Shown: one piece after another, positions 46,781 to 56,198 of the stretch
How positions within the stretch are numbered: the stretch's first letter is position 1
Layout: each line of letters begins with the position of its first letter
NCBI GenBank assembly: GCA_035503555.1
Contig: DATJTG010000266.1
Location: forward strand, 1,280-65,279
Reading direction: 5' to 3'
DNA from: Acidobacteriaceae bacterium
Lineage (GTDB): Bacteria > Acidobacteriota > Terriglobia > Terriglobales > Acidobacteriaceae
Length of the DNA: 64,000 bases
Made by a program: the position numbers and the translations under genes
The notes under the pieces: model-generated
Told to the model about the DNA's origin: nothing
The model's database searches: none
What the model saw: only the letters and a program-made list of their open reading frames with translations

Positions 46781-46815
46781 CTGGCATCAAGCCTCAAAAT
46801 TCAGGGCTCAATCGG

Positions 46816-47610
46816 TCAATCGGGCGGCGTCGGACTAAGTCGGGCGAGAACATGAATCCAGTAAGTCAGCGATGGCCGGTAGAAAGCCTCGTTGTGCGCT
46901 TGGTCCGGAACGATGACCAGCTCAGCTCTGGGATTGGAATACGCTGCGAGACGGTAAGCCATCGAGGTCGGGAAGGCGCGATCCTTGTCGCAGTGGACGA
47001 CGAGCACCGGTACCGCACAGCTCCGCAGCGAAATGGCGCCATCCCAGATGGCCGGGAGCGTGGCAGCCAGCGCGCGCGGCACGCCCAGTACCCGCGCAGC
47101 CTCTCGATACGATGTGAAAGCAGAACAGAGGATCAGGCGCTCGGCCGGAATGTGACCGGCGACGGCTGCGGCAATCCCGCCACCCATGGAGAAGCCCAGA
47201 ATGGACGCCGGTAACCCGGGCGTCAATGATCGCAGGTCATCGAACGCATCGACTGCGTTTTCTTCGCAGCGCCGCCAGTCGATCGGTCCCGGACTGCGGC
47301 CATAGCCCGAGTAATCGAAGACCAGCGACGCCACTCCATGCCGGGCAAGCAGAGTTTGCGCGGCAGTCCAATGATCCACGGTTTCGCCGATCCCGTGACA
47401 AATCAGGAGCGCGGCTTGCGCCGTTGACTCGGAAGGCTGAACGAACACCGCGTCGAGACCGCGACTCGAGAATACGTGTCGTTCGATCCGTGCCCCGCTG
47501 GTGGCCGCACTTCGGATCTTCTTCATTCTTCCCAACAGATGGTCGCGCAGGATCAGCATGCGGCTGATTACGGTGACCGAAATCGTGAAAAGACGATCCT
47601 GCGGCGGCAT
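46816..47610 (-). CDS. Alpha/beta-fold hydrolase
   Basis: HG oxyanion motif LLICHGIGET, nucleophile elbow GFSMGG, Asp in VHCDKDRAF and His in DQAHNEAF. Start is uncertain: 47610 was chosen (8 nt after the upstream stop), with 47649, 47559 and 47526 as alternatives. Confidence 0.75.
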   Translation of the reverse strand: MPPQDRLFTISVTVISRMLILRDHLLGRMKKIRSAATSGARIERHVFSSRGLDAVFVQPSESTAQAALLICHGIGETVDHWTAAQTLLARHGVASLVFDYSGYGRSPGPIDWRRCEENAVDAFDDLRSLTPGLPASILGFSMGGGIAAAVAGHIPAERLILCSAFTSYREAARVLGVPRALAATLPAIWDGAISLRSCAVPVLVVHCDKDRAFPTSMAYRLAAYSNPRAELVIVPDQAHNEAFYRPSLTYWIHVLARLSPTPPD

Positions 47611-47618
47611 GCGCGTCT

Positions 47619-49232
47619 CTATCCTCGCCCAATCGTACGACGCCACCATCGCGCTGGTTCCCGCGGTTGCTCACCCCCGGAAAGCAATCGGCGAAGGGTC
47701 ACATAGTCGATTTTTGCGTTGTGGCGCTTATCCAGGGGAATGGAGAACAGCACACGCACTTCATCCAGGCGCGCGTTCGGCAGCGCCTCGAGAATACGAG
47801 CCGCCGTCGCAGGGGAAACGAGCTCAACGGCGAGGATGCGGTGATCCCCGAGGCGCAGAACGGCGGCGCGCCGCACGCCGGGGATCTGCTGCGCCGCGCA
47901 CTCAACGGCAAACGGATAGAGAATGCCACGATCGTCCTCGATCTTCGCGGAGGCGCGGCCGAGCAGCCAGAGGCGTCCCCGCGAGTCCAGGCGACCGAGG
48001 TCGCCCGTGCGATGCCACCGCGTGCCTCCGACGTCGAACTTGGTCTCCGAATCTCCCACGCCGTTCAGATAGCCGGGCAGCACATGTGCACCAGAGACAG
48101 CGATCTCCCCAACCTCGCCCGGCGCGGCCCAAAGTGCGCGAAACTCCGCCTCGGTGAGCGGCGCAATCGGCCGGCCCCAGCCATCGCGAAGAATTCGCAG
48201 CGAGACGCTCGTAACTGGAGAGCCGGAGAGCAGGCCGTCGCCTCGCTCCATGGCCAGAAAATCGTCGGGCGAAATGGCGGAATAGTCGACTTCCGCCATC
48301 GGCTCGGCTTCAGTCGACCCATAAACCGCCGTAACCTCAGCGTTGGGGAAGGCAGTGCGGGCATCGCGCAGATCGCGTGGGAAAACCGGGGCGCCACCCA
48401 TGAAAACGTGCTGCACGCAGGGGATGCCGTGACCCGCCCGCGCGCACTTCTCGACGAGGCGGGCGATGAGCGCGGGCGACGCCCCAACGGTCTGGATTGC
48501 GTGCCGCTCGATCTGCGCAAGAACCGGCGCTGCATCGACGGCCCCGGGGCGACGGAGGTCGCAGTCGGGCAGAACGCTGGTAACGCCGGAAGCAAGATTG
48601 GCGAGTACGAAGATTGGCAGCGTGGTGAGGTCTACGACACCTGCGCGCAGGCCGATGGCCGACGCAATCGCTCGATGCTGCGCCAGCAGAAATCCATGCG
48701 AGCGAGCGGCCGCCTTCGGCTCTCCGGTGCTGCCTGAAGTGAACGTGACCAGTGCGGGTGCGGACTCGGAGAGACTGGCGATCTCCGCCCGAGCGCCGCT
48801 ATCGGAGATCGAAACGCGCACGGCGCCCGGAAAAAATCCCGGACACAATGCAAGGGGAACGCGGCGCAGCGGAGCCAGAGCCAGGCGCAACAGATGCGCC
48901 TTCGGGCTGCCGAAGAAGGCGCGGATGGGGAAGAGATCGCAGCAACGCGCGATATGCTGCCGCCCGGCGGATGGATCGAGAAACACCGCGACTGCGCCTG
49001 CGCGAAACACTCCCGTCAGGAAGGCGTACAGTTCAAGCGACATGCGATGCAGCACGAGAATGCCGTCGCCCGGAGCAACGCCGAGCGCGAGAATCTGTGC
49101 CGCGACGCGGGCTGCGGCTTCATCGAGTTCGCGAAAAGTGAGGACGCGATCGCGCCCCCCTCTCACGTCGATGATCGCCGGCGCCGCCGGTCTTTCAGCA
49201 GCGACCTCCGCGAAAGCCTCAGCGATATTCAC
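47619..49232 (-). CDS. Adenylate-forming enzyme (acyl-CoA / acyl-AMP ligase family)
   Basis: GTG start in a GTGA overlap with the upstream stop. AMP-binding motifs FTSGSTGEPKAA, YGSTEAEP and WHRTGDLGRLDSRGRLWLLGR. 537 aa. Confidence 0.85.
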   Translation of the reverse strand: MNIAEAFAEVAAERPAAPAIIDVRGGRDRVLTFRELDEAAARVAAQILALGVAPGDGILVLHRMSLELYAFLTGVFRAGAVAVFLDPSAGRQHIARCCDLFPIRAFFGSPKAHLLRLALAPLRRVPLALCPGFFPGAVRVSISDSGARAEIASLSESAPALVTFTSGSTGEPKAAARSHGFLLAQHRAIASAIGLRAGVVDLTTLPIFVLANLASGVTSVLPDCDLRRPGAVDAAPVLAQIERHAIQTVGASPALIARLVEKCARAGHGIPCVQHVFMGGAPVFPRDLRDARTAFPNAEVTAVYGSTEAEPMAEVDYSAISPDDFLAMERGDGLLSGSPVTSVSLRILRDGWGRPIAPLTEAEFRALWAAPGEVGEIAVSGAHVLPGYLNGVGDSETKFDVGGTRWHRTGDLGRLDSRGRLWLLGRASAKIEDDRGILYPFAVECAAQQIPGVRRAAVLRLGDHRILAVELVSPATAARILEALPNARLDEVRVLFSIPLDKRHNAKIDYVTLRRLLSGGEQPREPARWWRRTIGRG

Positions 49233-50224
49233 TGTGCAATCTCCCGGCTGAAAAGGGCATAGCGGCGCATGACCGAGCCGTAGCGAAGGCTGGTGTTCAG
49301 CGATACGTTCTTCTCATGCATCAGCGCGTGGATGCACCGGCGGAATCCGAGACGCGATCCTTCCTGCTGTACGCGCTCGGCCATGAGCGCGCCGAGGCCG
49401 GCGAGCGCGGGGTCAGGCAGAATGGCGAGGGTTTTGAGGAGGAACGTATCGATAGGCTCCCCGCGTGCTGCCTGCGCCAGATCAGGAATCGCAAAGGTGA
49501 ATCCCACAAGATCGTTGCCACGCTCAGCGAGCAAAAGAAGCTCGGGGCGCAAGTACGGCACGATCTTCTCGTACTGCGCGAGGAAGTCGGCCTGCGGCAA
49601 CTCGGTATAGAGGAAATTGTGCGCGAATGCGACCTGGCTGAGCCGATAGATGCGGACCAGGTCAGTCTGCAGCTCGGGGAGGCGAATCGCTCGAATGCGC
49701 ACGCCGAGCCTGTCCATGCGCACAGCCACCCGCAGAACACGAGAATCCTTCTGTGTCAGGTCGCTGTTCAGCGCCGAAACATACTGCGCGAAGGGCGTGA
49801 AGCCTGCGCGCTGCCACTGGGTCGGCCATTCCGGCGCGTTGGTCGGTTCCAGGAAGAACGGCGGCTCGCCGCCGGCCTCGACTACGAAGCGATAGCGTCT
49901 CCACGTATTGCCATCCATGGGGCCGATAGCGAGCGTGCAGCCTTGTTCCGCAAGAACACCAAGCGCGGCGGCAAGCAGACGCGCCGCGGCCTCGTCGCTG
50001 GCGCTGGCATAGTGGCCGATCACTCCAACCCTTTGCGATCCGTAGCGCGGACTGTTGGTCCACCAAAGCGATGCCTGCGCTTCGACGATTTCCGCGTCGG
50101 ATACCGCGCAGAGGTGCAGGTCAGGCCGTTGAGAGGCGAGGAGTGTCGCGTCGAACGGAGGCAGATCGGGCGTGTTGGGCAGGGTGCCGCGCTCGCCCGG
50201 AGTGTGCAGCGTCTTCACGATCAC
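49229..50224 (-). CDS. GNAT-like (double acyl-CoA N-acyltransferase fold) protein, tentative
   Basis: 331 aa. Two halves each carry a GNAT-like beta-alpha-beta segment (..VGVIGHYASASDEAAARLLAAALGVLAEQG.. and ..LAILPDPALAGLGALMAERVQQEGSRLGFRR..). GTGA overlaps at both ends. Confidence 0.45.
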   Translation of the reverse strand: MIVKTLHTPGERGTLPNTPDLPPFDATLLASQRPDLHLCAVSDAEIVEAQASLWWTNSPRYGSQRVGVIGHYASASDEAAARLLAAALGVLAEQGCTLAIGPMDGNTWRRYRFVVEAGGEPPFFLEPTNAPEWPTQWQRAGFTPFAQYVSALNSDLTQKDSRVLRVAVRMDRLGVRIRAIRLPELQTDLVRIYRLSQVAFAHNFLYTELPQADFLAQYEKIVPYLRPELLLLAERGNDLVGFTFAIPDLAQAARGEPIDTFLLKTLAILPDPALAGLGALMAERVQQEGSRLGFRRCIHALMHEKNVSLNTSLRYGSVMRRYALFSREIAQ

Positions 50225-51558
50225 AGCAGGCTGGCGACTCCCGCGCCGATCAGAGTGAAGAGAAATCCAATGGACGACTGATAGAGCCAGCGCCGGCCGC
50301 TCAGAGAATACTGTCCTGCTCTGCGTGGCTCAACGATGCAGAAGGCGGCAAAGGCAATGCCGGAGAGTGCGAGAGCGATCGCGGATTCGACAATCGAGCG
50401 GCGCGCGAAGCGCTGCTCGATCGCCACCGGCACGAAGATCAGCAGCCAGCTTTGCAGCACCAGCACCGGGCCGAACTTCCAGATGTTGCGCTCGGGATGA
50501 TGGAAGCAGCTCAGGGTCCAGGCAAGCAGTGCGAGCTGAATCGCATAGCCCAGCGCGTAGGGGAACAGCAGCGTATCGCCACGCTTGGCCTGCGCCAGAA
50601 AGATCCAGAACAGCCCTGAAGATGCGACGCTGAGCACCGCAAAGACATTGTGCGTGCGATCGCCGCGCAGCAGCCGCCCAGGAAAGAAAAGCGTGTAAGT
50701 GACAAAGAGCGTGGCGGGGGCAAGCAGCCACCGCCATCCGCCCAGCCCCCAGGAAATGTAGAGCACCAGAGCCGACGCGATCAGCGCGCTGGTGGCGAGA
50801 GTGGTACGCGAACGATAGAGCAGAACGAAAATCAGCAGGGCCAGGGCCACCGCAAAGCGTGCGAGCAGCCGTTCCATCGGCATGGCTGTGTAGATGTGAA
50901 GAAGGATGAAAACTCCAAAAGGGATAAACACGTTGTCGAGGCCGCGCCACGCGATGGCTTCGAGCAGAGTGACCACCAGCGCGATATCGGCGGCGATCAG
51001 CAGCGTTTCCGGTCGCCCCAACGGCGTAAAGAGCAACAGTGGCACATGCACGCTCAGGAAGGCCACGGTGAAGAAACCGACCGAACCCTCCATGCTCTTG
51101 GAGCCATCAATGCCAGCGTAGCCGTGCTTGCCGTACTGCTCGCCCAGCAGGGCAGCGACGCTGTCGGCGAGGGTGAGCACCAGGATGGGAATGGCATAGA
51201 GAAGTCGGTTGCCCCGCGCGAGGACAAAAAGGATCGCGACTGAAGCAGGAAAGTAGACATCGCCGCGAGACTTGCGTCCGACGCCATGCAGCACCTGCGC
51301 GAAATACGCCTGGACGGGTGGGTAGTACTGCACCACAAGCATGAGAGCTGCAGCCAGCGCGCAGACGAGCCCGACGGCCCACGGCGACGAGAATATCCAC
51401 GGAAACGATAGCGCTAAAAATCCCGTGCCCACATGTGCAAGTTTGCGAACCTGTTCCGGCGTGAGCGGAAGCCAGGGCTTGACGAGCCGCAGGACGAGCA
51501 GCAGAAGTACGACGACGCCAAGAACGCCGAAGACGCGGAGAAGATCGCCCACGGTCAT
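50221..51558 (-). CDS. Polytopic membrane protein with N-terminal CTP-transferase-1 / dolichol(phytol)-kinase-like domain
   Basis: About 12 predicted hydrophobic helices. LADSVAALLGEQYGKHGY...GSKSMEGSVGFFTVAFL resembles the C-terminal signature of the CdsA/dolichol-kinase/phytol-kinase family. The C-terminal half is an extra multi-TM module. Confidence 0.55.
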   Translation of the reverse strand: MTVGDLLRVFGVLGVVVLLLLVLRLVKPWLPLTPEQVRKLAHVGTGFLALSFPWIFSSPWAVGLVCALAAALMLVVQYYPPVQAYFAQVLHGVGRKSRGDVYFPASVAILFVLARGNRLLYAIPILVLTLADSVAALLGEQYGKHGYAGIDGSKSMEGSVGFFTVAFLSVHVPLLLFTPLGRPETLLIAADIALVVTLLEAIAWRGLDNVFIPFGVFILLHIYTAMPMERLLARFAVALALLIFVLLYRSRTTLATSALIASALVLYISWGLGGWRWLLAPATLFVTYTLFFPGRLLRGDRTHNVFAVLSVASSGLFWIFLAQAKRGDTLLFPYALGYAIQLALLAWTLSCFHHPERNIWKFGPVLVLQSWLLIFVPVAIEQRFARRSIVESAIALALSGIAFAAFCIVEPRRAGQYSLSGRRWLYQSSIGFLFTLIGAGVASLL

Positions 51559-52646
51559 CGCACCTGCTCCACGACGAAGGCGCTGTAGAAGAAGGCCTTG
51601 TCCCTGCGAAAGAGAGCCGCGCTCAAATCGGCGAGCGGATCAAGAAGCGCCACCATCGACTGCGGACGGCTGCGCGGCGCCAGCATGTTCCAGTAGGCAA
51701 GCCGCGCCGCGGGACGCGACGCCGCGACGATGAGGCGCAGAAGCTGCTCGTAGGCCTGCGGTGCCATGTACTCGAAGATATCGGAGAGGTTGAAGCAGTC
51801 GAATTTCTCAGGCCCGTCGAGAGCCTCCTCGAGGGCGCAGCAGCGCCACTCCAGCGCGTCGAGATTGCGGCGGATCGCTTCGAAATTCTCTTCACGCAGC
51901 GCAAATGGCAGAGCGGCGCCATGGGTTCCGAGCATGATCCATTGGAGGTAGGGATTCTCCGCCGGGGCAAGTTCCGTCATAGCGTACCGGGCGCGAGCCA
52001 GAATACGGTCGGCCACGCTGCCCTCCACGTAGCGAAAAAATTCCGGATCGCGGCCCAGCGCGCCCATCACGCGGCGCGAGAAAAAGAACCGGAAGAAGAG
52101 CCTCCAGCGGAAGTTATTCCACTCACCGTCATGGAACGCAACGCGTTCCGGCAAAGACCGTGGCGCAAAAAGAGATTCGACGCGCGAGCCGCCATGCACC
52201 AGCGGAAGGACGCGCGTCCGAAACGCAGCAAAATAGCGCTCGAATTTCCCCGCGCTGCCGAGTCCGCCTTCGAGCAGGGCCTTGTGGTCATCCCAGAAGG
52301 CGATGGCCGTTCGCGAGAGGCGGGTGCGGCACGCTTCGTAAAGACGCAGGCGGCGATCGCTGCGGCGCGAGCCCATCAGCGCCAGAAGATCGGGATAATC
52401 CAGCACACGATACGCCGCAACGCGCAGATCCAGGCACGCAAGCTGCGCAGGGCTCAGATCGACAGCGAGCACGCGCTCGGGCGCGCGCGCAAGGAACGCG
52501 AGCGTGTTGTCTCCCGCGCTCGCAATCGACAGGCACCGCTTGCCCGGCCCCGGTGCGAGCGCCTCCAGGAGAATGTCGGCATCTTCCCAGCATTGTGCAT
52601 AGCGAATGCCGGAGAAATCGGCACGCTCGGCGGCCTCGCTACGCAT
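51555..52646 (-). CDS. BtaA-like / DUF3419-family SAM-dependent (3-amino-3-carboxypropyl-transferase-like) protein
   Basis: IRYAQCWEDADILLEAL followed by CLSIASAGDNTLAFL (SAM-binding-loop-like) and the NLSDIFEYM region, as in the BtaA/DUF3419 family. Start 52646 chosen (8-nt overlap with the upstream stop). The ORF extends to 52703. Confidence 0.75.
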   Translation of the reverse strand: MRSEAAERADFSGIRYAQCWEDADILLEALAPGPGKRCLSIASAGDNTLAFLARAPERVLAVDLSPAQLACLDLRVAAYRVLDYPDLLALMGSRRSDRRLRLYEACRTRLSRTAIAFWDDHKALLEGGLGSAGKFERYFAAFRTRVLPLVHGGSRVESLFAPRSLPERVAFHDGEWNNFRWRLFFRFFFSRRVMGALGRDPEFFRYVEGSVADRILARARYAMTELAPAENPYLQWIMLGTHGAALPFALREENFEAIRRNLDALEWRCCALEEALDGPEKFDCFNLSDIFEYMAPQAYEQLLRLIVAASRPAARLAYWNMLAPRSRPQSMVALLDPLADLSAALFRRDKAFFYSAFVVEQVR

Positions 52647-55281
52647 GCGGCTCCTCGGCAGACAATCGGCGGATCGTGCCATGTGCGCCATCCAGCTCGA
52701 CAAGATCGCCGTCGCAAAGCCACGCGGTCAGGCCGGGGATGGATACCACGGCGGGGATGCCGAGCTCGCGCGCGACGATTGCAGAGTGCGATAGCAGGCT
52801 GCCTCGCTCCACCAGCAGGCCCGCAGCTGCGGGAAAGAGCATGATCCATCCCGGATCGGTGTGGTCGGCTACGAGGATGCATCCAGCGGGCAGCTGTGCG
52901 TTGCGCGGATCGCGGACGACGCGGACTTTTCCACGGACGACGCCCGGGCAGCACCCGATTCCGCGCCGAGCGTCTCCGGTTGCATCTGCCGCCACGGGCT
53001 GCACAAGGGGCTGATAGGTCTGAGCGACATAGACCATGCCGCGCGTCTCGAAGCGTTCCGCGGGTGGCGGCGTGTTGCGGTACAAGTCGAATTCGGATTT
53101 GCGCAGCGCCGCGAGCGCGCGAACGTCCGCTGTCACCGCGGTCCCCGCAACCAGTGCCACCACTTCGTCCGTCTCCAGATAGAAAATATCCCGCGGATCG
53201 TCGAGCGTGCCGTTCGCATGCAGCCGCTTGCCTGCCTCGAGGAAGATGCGCCGAATCCGGCCAAAGAGCCGCGTTCGCTCGAAGCGCAGATTCTCGCGCT
53301 CGCGAACACGCCGGCGTGCAATGCGCAGCACCCAGCCAAGAGCAAGCTGTTTGACAGGCGAGCCCCGCAGCTTTATACGGATCGTCGGCATCGCATCAGC
53401 GGCCATTCCGGGAGTCGAGGAATGGTCCGAACCTGGTCCCGCTCGCGCAAGCTCGCCGATGCTGCGCAGCAGCACGACAGGATTCTCGTAAAGGGCTTCG
53501 CTCTCGAGTTTCAGCTCTTCTAGGCAGCGGTCGCCAAATTTCGCCAGATACGCGTCGTAGAGGGAGCAGAACTCCGGGCGCTGGCGAATCGCACGGACAG
53601 CCTCGGCGGCGGACTGGTCGCACAACGCGCGCACCAGGTCCGGATCCCTTTTCGCCAGAGCCGCCATTTCCCGCACGCGTGCCGCCGGCTCGGCGCTGAC
53701 CATTCCGCCTCCGCCGCGAATCGCGTCGTTCGCGAGCATGCCCCGCTCATCGCCGCACCACGCCATCGTGAGCTTACGCAGCACGCCATGAAAGATCATC
53801 GCGAAGAAGTCATTGGAGAGCGGTGCGTCCCAGCGTGTGCCCAGCTCGCGCTGAAGCGACTCGAAATGCGCTGTAAGCTCATCCAGACGCATGCGCGCCA
53901 GCGGCGGCGCCGGCTCCGCGAGTGCTGATGCGAGGCGCGCGTGGAAGCGCCGAATTTGTGCCTCCAGAGTTACGTAATTCCACGCGAGGCCGGCTGCCAT
54001 CGCGGCAACGTGTATCGAGTCGATCATTCGATCCCGGAATGTGGCAGCTTTTCCTGTGCCGAGCGCTTGCTCGGGCAGGCTTTCGCGCACGCCCATCATC
54101 TGCTCCATGAACCGGCGATTGATGGTGAATCCCGGCAGCAAGGCAAGCGCGCGGTACCAGTTGAGCAGGTTGTAGTACACCCGGCCCCGAATGAGCCCCA
54201 GCATGTTGCGGAACACAGGATCGTTCGCGGCGAGCGTACGCTCCGGAACGCGCAGGATCCGGCAAAACTGCCGATAGACGCTCTCGTAGCTCGAGCGTGC
54301 AAACGAAAACGTGAGCGGAGTGGTGATGCCGCTATAGCTCTCGACGATGTTGCTGTTGTCCCACAGATTCAGCGCGCCGTCCGGATCGGCCAGCGCGCGC
54401 AGCGTCGTAATCGGACGCGACTGGAGCAGAAAAAGCTCACCATTCTGCACAGCCCACTCGATGTCCTGGGGCTGGCCGAATGCGGACTCCGCGGCCCTTG
54501 CGAGCGCGGCAACCTCGACGGCGCGCTCGTCGGAAAGAGCGGGCTCCTGCTGCCGATCGGCGGGGACTGAAAAGGCGGAGAAGTTTTCCGGAGATTGGTC
54601 ATCGAACCGGTGACAAATAGACTTGTTCGCCACAGTCTGGCGCTCAATGCGGCCGCTTCGGTCGATGGCCCAGGTATCCGCATCGGCGTCACCGCCAACC
54701 AGCGCCGTGCCGATGCCGTAGACCGCGGAAACGACTGCAAGGCCGCGCCGGCCGCTGACAGGATCGGCGCTGAACGCCACGCCGGAGCATTCCGCGTCGA
54801 CCATGCGCTGGACGAGGACCGCCGGCGCGGACGGAGATCCCGACAATCCCCGCTGGCGCCGATATTCCATCAATCGATCGCCGAATCCCGACCGCCACAC
54901 GGCGGCGACCCGATCGAGGACTGCGTCGCCATCGACAAAGAGATAGCTTTCGAGCTGTCCTGCGAACGAACTTTCCGCACCATCCTCGTCGATCGCAGAG
55001 GAACGAACCGCAAAGCGGATCCCAGGAGAAGCGATAGCGCAGAGGGCGGCTTCTATTCCGGCAGCAACTTCAGGCGCGACGCGGAGCGATGTCAGGGCTG
55101 CGGAATCGAGGGCGCCCGACGCAAACAGTTCCTGCTGTTCTTGGGTGAGACTCTGTTTGAATGCTTCAGGCGTAACTGCGAACCAATCCGGAACACGGAT
55201 GTCCGCGGCGGCGAGACGCGCAAGGGCGAAGGCCTTGCCGCCCAGCTCGCGGAGGCTCCCGCTGCGCAGCACGCAGTTCAC
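52639..55281 (-). CDS. PEP/pyruvate-binding (PPDK_N, ATP-grasp) + PEP-utilizer swivel-His domain phosphotransferase (PEP-synthase / rifampicin-phosphotransferase-like architecture)
   Basis: GTG start in a GTGA overlap. N-terminal LRELGGKAFALARL...VPDWFAVT...FAVRSSAIDEDG.. (PPDK_N). C-terminal ILVADHTDPGWIMLFPAAAGLLVERGSLLSHSAIVARELGIPAVV (mobile His domain). 880 aa with a roughly 400-aa central region of unknown fold. Confidence 0.85.
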   Translation of the reverse strand: MNCVLRSGSLRELGGKAFALARLAAADIRVPDWFAVTPEAFKQSLTQEQQELFASGALDSAALTSLRVAPEVAAGIEAALCAIASPGIRFAVRSSAIDEDGAESSFAGQLESYLFVDGDAVLDRVAAVWRSGFGDRLMEYRRQRGLSGSPSAPAVLVQRMVDAECSGVAFSADPVSGRRGLAVVSAVYGIGTALVGGDADADTWAIDRSGRIERQTVANKSICHRFDDQSPENFSAFSVPADRQQEPALSDERAVEVAALARAAESAFGQPQDIEWAVQNGELFLLQSRPITTLRALADPDGALNLWDNSNIVESYSGITTPLTFSFARSSYESVYRQFCRILRVPERTLAANDPVFRNMLGLIRGRVYYNLLNWYRALALLPGFTINRRFMEQMMGVRESLPEQALGTGKAATFRDRMIDSIHVAAMAAGLAWNYVTLEAQIRRFHARLASALAEPAPPLARMRLDELTAHFESLQRELGTRWDAPLSNDFFAMIFHGVLRKLTMAWCGDERGMLANDAIRGGGGMVSAEPAARVREMAALAKRDPDLVRALCDQSAAEAVRAIRQRPEFCSLYDAYLAKFGDRCLEELKLESEALYENPVVLLRSIGELARAGPGSDHSSTPGMAADAMPTIRIKLRGSPVKQLALGWVLRIARRRVRERENLRFERTRLFGRIRRIFLEAGKRLHANGTLDDPRDIFYLETDEVVALVAGTAVTADVRALAALRKSEFDLYRNTPPPAERFETRGMVYVAQTYQPLVQPVAADATGDARRGIGCCPGVVRGKVRVVRDPRNAQLPAGCILVADHTDPGWIMLFPAAAGLLVERGSLLSHSAIVARELGIPAVVSIPGLTAWLCDGDLVELDGAHGTIRRLSAEEPHA

Positions 55282-56198
55282 GGATGCCTCCAGTAGCGGA
55301 GGGCGATCGGAATGACGCCGAGGCTGAGATAGAGAATAAGGCTCCAGACGCCGCCAATCGTTTCGAGGGACTTGCCCCGTCCAGGCACTTCCGCGGCAAG
55401 GAAGCGCGCGCCCAGCACGGCTGAGATCAGGACCAGCGTGCCGAGCAGAAACGTAGCAGTCAGGCTGAAAGCAATCCCCCGCGCGGCCTCAATGGCAAAG
55501 ACGGCGGTGAGCGTCATCACCACAAGCCAGACGCCGACTGCCCTCTTCCTCCCCCACAGGAAGCTATAGGTTTCCACGCCCGCTTCCTCGTCGGAGGGAG
55601 TACGAATCTTGCGGCCAATTTCAAGCACAACGCCGTTGCAATAGCTCACCAGCAGAAACCAGAGCAGTCCGCGGGGCGGCCGCCGGTAACCGAGCGGAAC
55701 CCAGTCGCACGCCGTGGTGTAGAGATCCACCAGCGGCATGATGGCCATGTGCGACAGCATGTAGGTGATGGGCCGCGACTTCAGCCACGAGCGCAGAAAG
55801 AACTCGCGGCTCATCAGGCCGAGGTAGGTCCACGTAACCACGAGCAGCGGAACTAAACGCGGCGACAACCATGCCGCAAGCAGGAGTTGCAGCACGATGC
55901 ACGCGGCCCAGATCCACGCCAGCTCCCGCAGCTGGATCAGGCCTCTGGGCACGGGGCGATACGGACGGAAACGCGAGTCCTCGTCAAAGTCCTTGAACTC
56001 ATCGGCGAGGCGAAGCTGCAGAAACGTGAGAAACGAGTTGGCGAAAGCGACGAAGCACGGCTTCCAGCCGGGCAGCGCTGAGGCTCCGCGGAGGAGCGCG
56101 GAATAACTGACGGCGGAGAGGCTGAACGCAAGGATGATGGGTGAGTGAGCAAAGATGGGAAAGCGTTCGCGCTGGTACACCCACCAGCGGTTAGCCAT
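55278..56198 (-). CDS. UbiA-family prenyltransferase (integral membrane)
   Basis: Trimmed to MANRWWVYQRERFPIF. First Asp-rich motif LRLADEFKDFDEDSRFRPYRPVPRGL. Second acidic motif region EIGRKIRTPSDEEAGVETYSFLWG. About 8 TM helices. Confidence 0.8.
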   Translation of the reverse strand: MANRWWVYQRERFPIFAHSPIILAFSLSAVSYSALLRGASALPGWKPCFVAFANSFLTFLQLRLADEFKDFDEDSRFRPYRPVPRGLIQLRELAWIWAACIVLQLLLAAWLSPRLVPLLVVTWTYLGLMSREFFLRSWLKSRPITYMLSHMAIMPLVDLYTTACDWVPLGYRRPPRGLLWFLLVSYCNGVVLEIGRKIRTPSDEEAGVETYSFLWGRKRAVGVWLVVMTLTAVFAIEAARGIAFSLTATFLLGTLVLISAVLGARFLAAEVPGRGKSLETIGGVWSLILYLSLGVIPIALRYWRHP

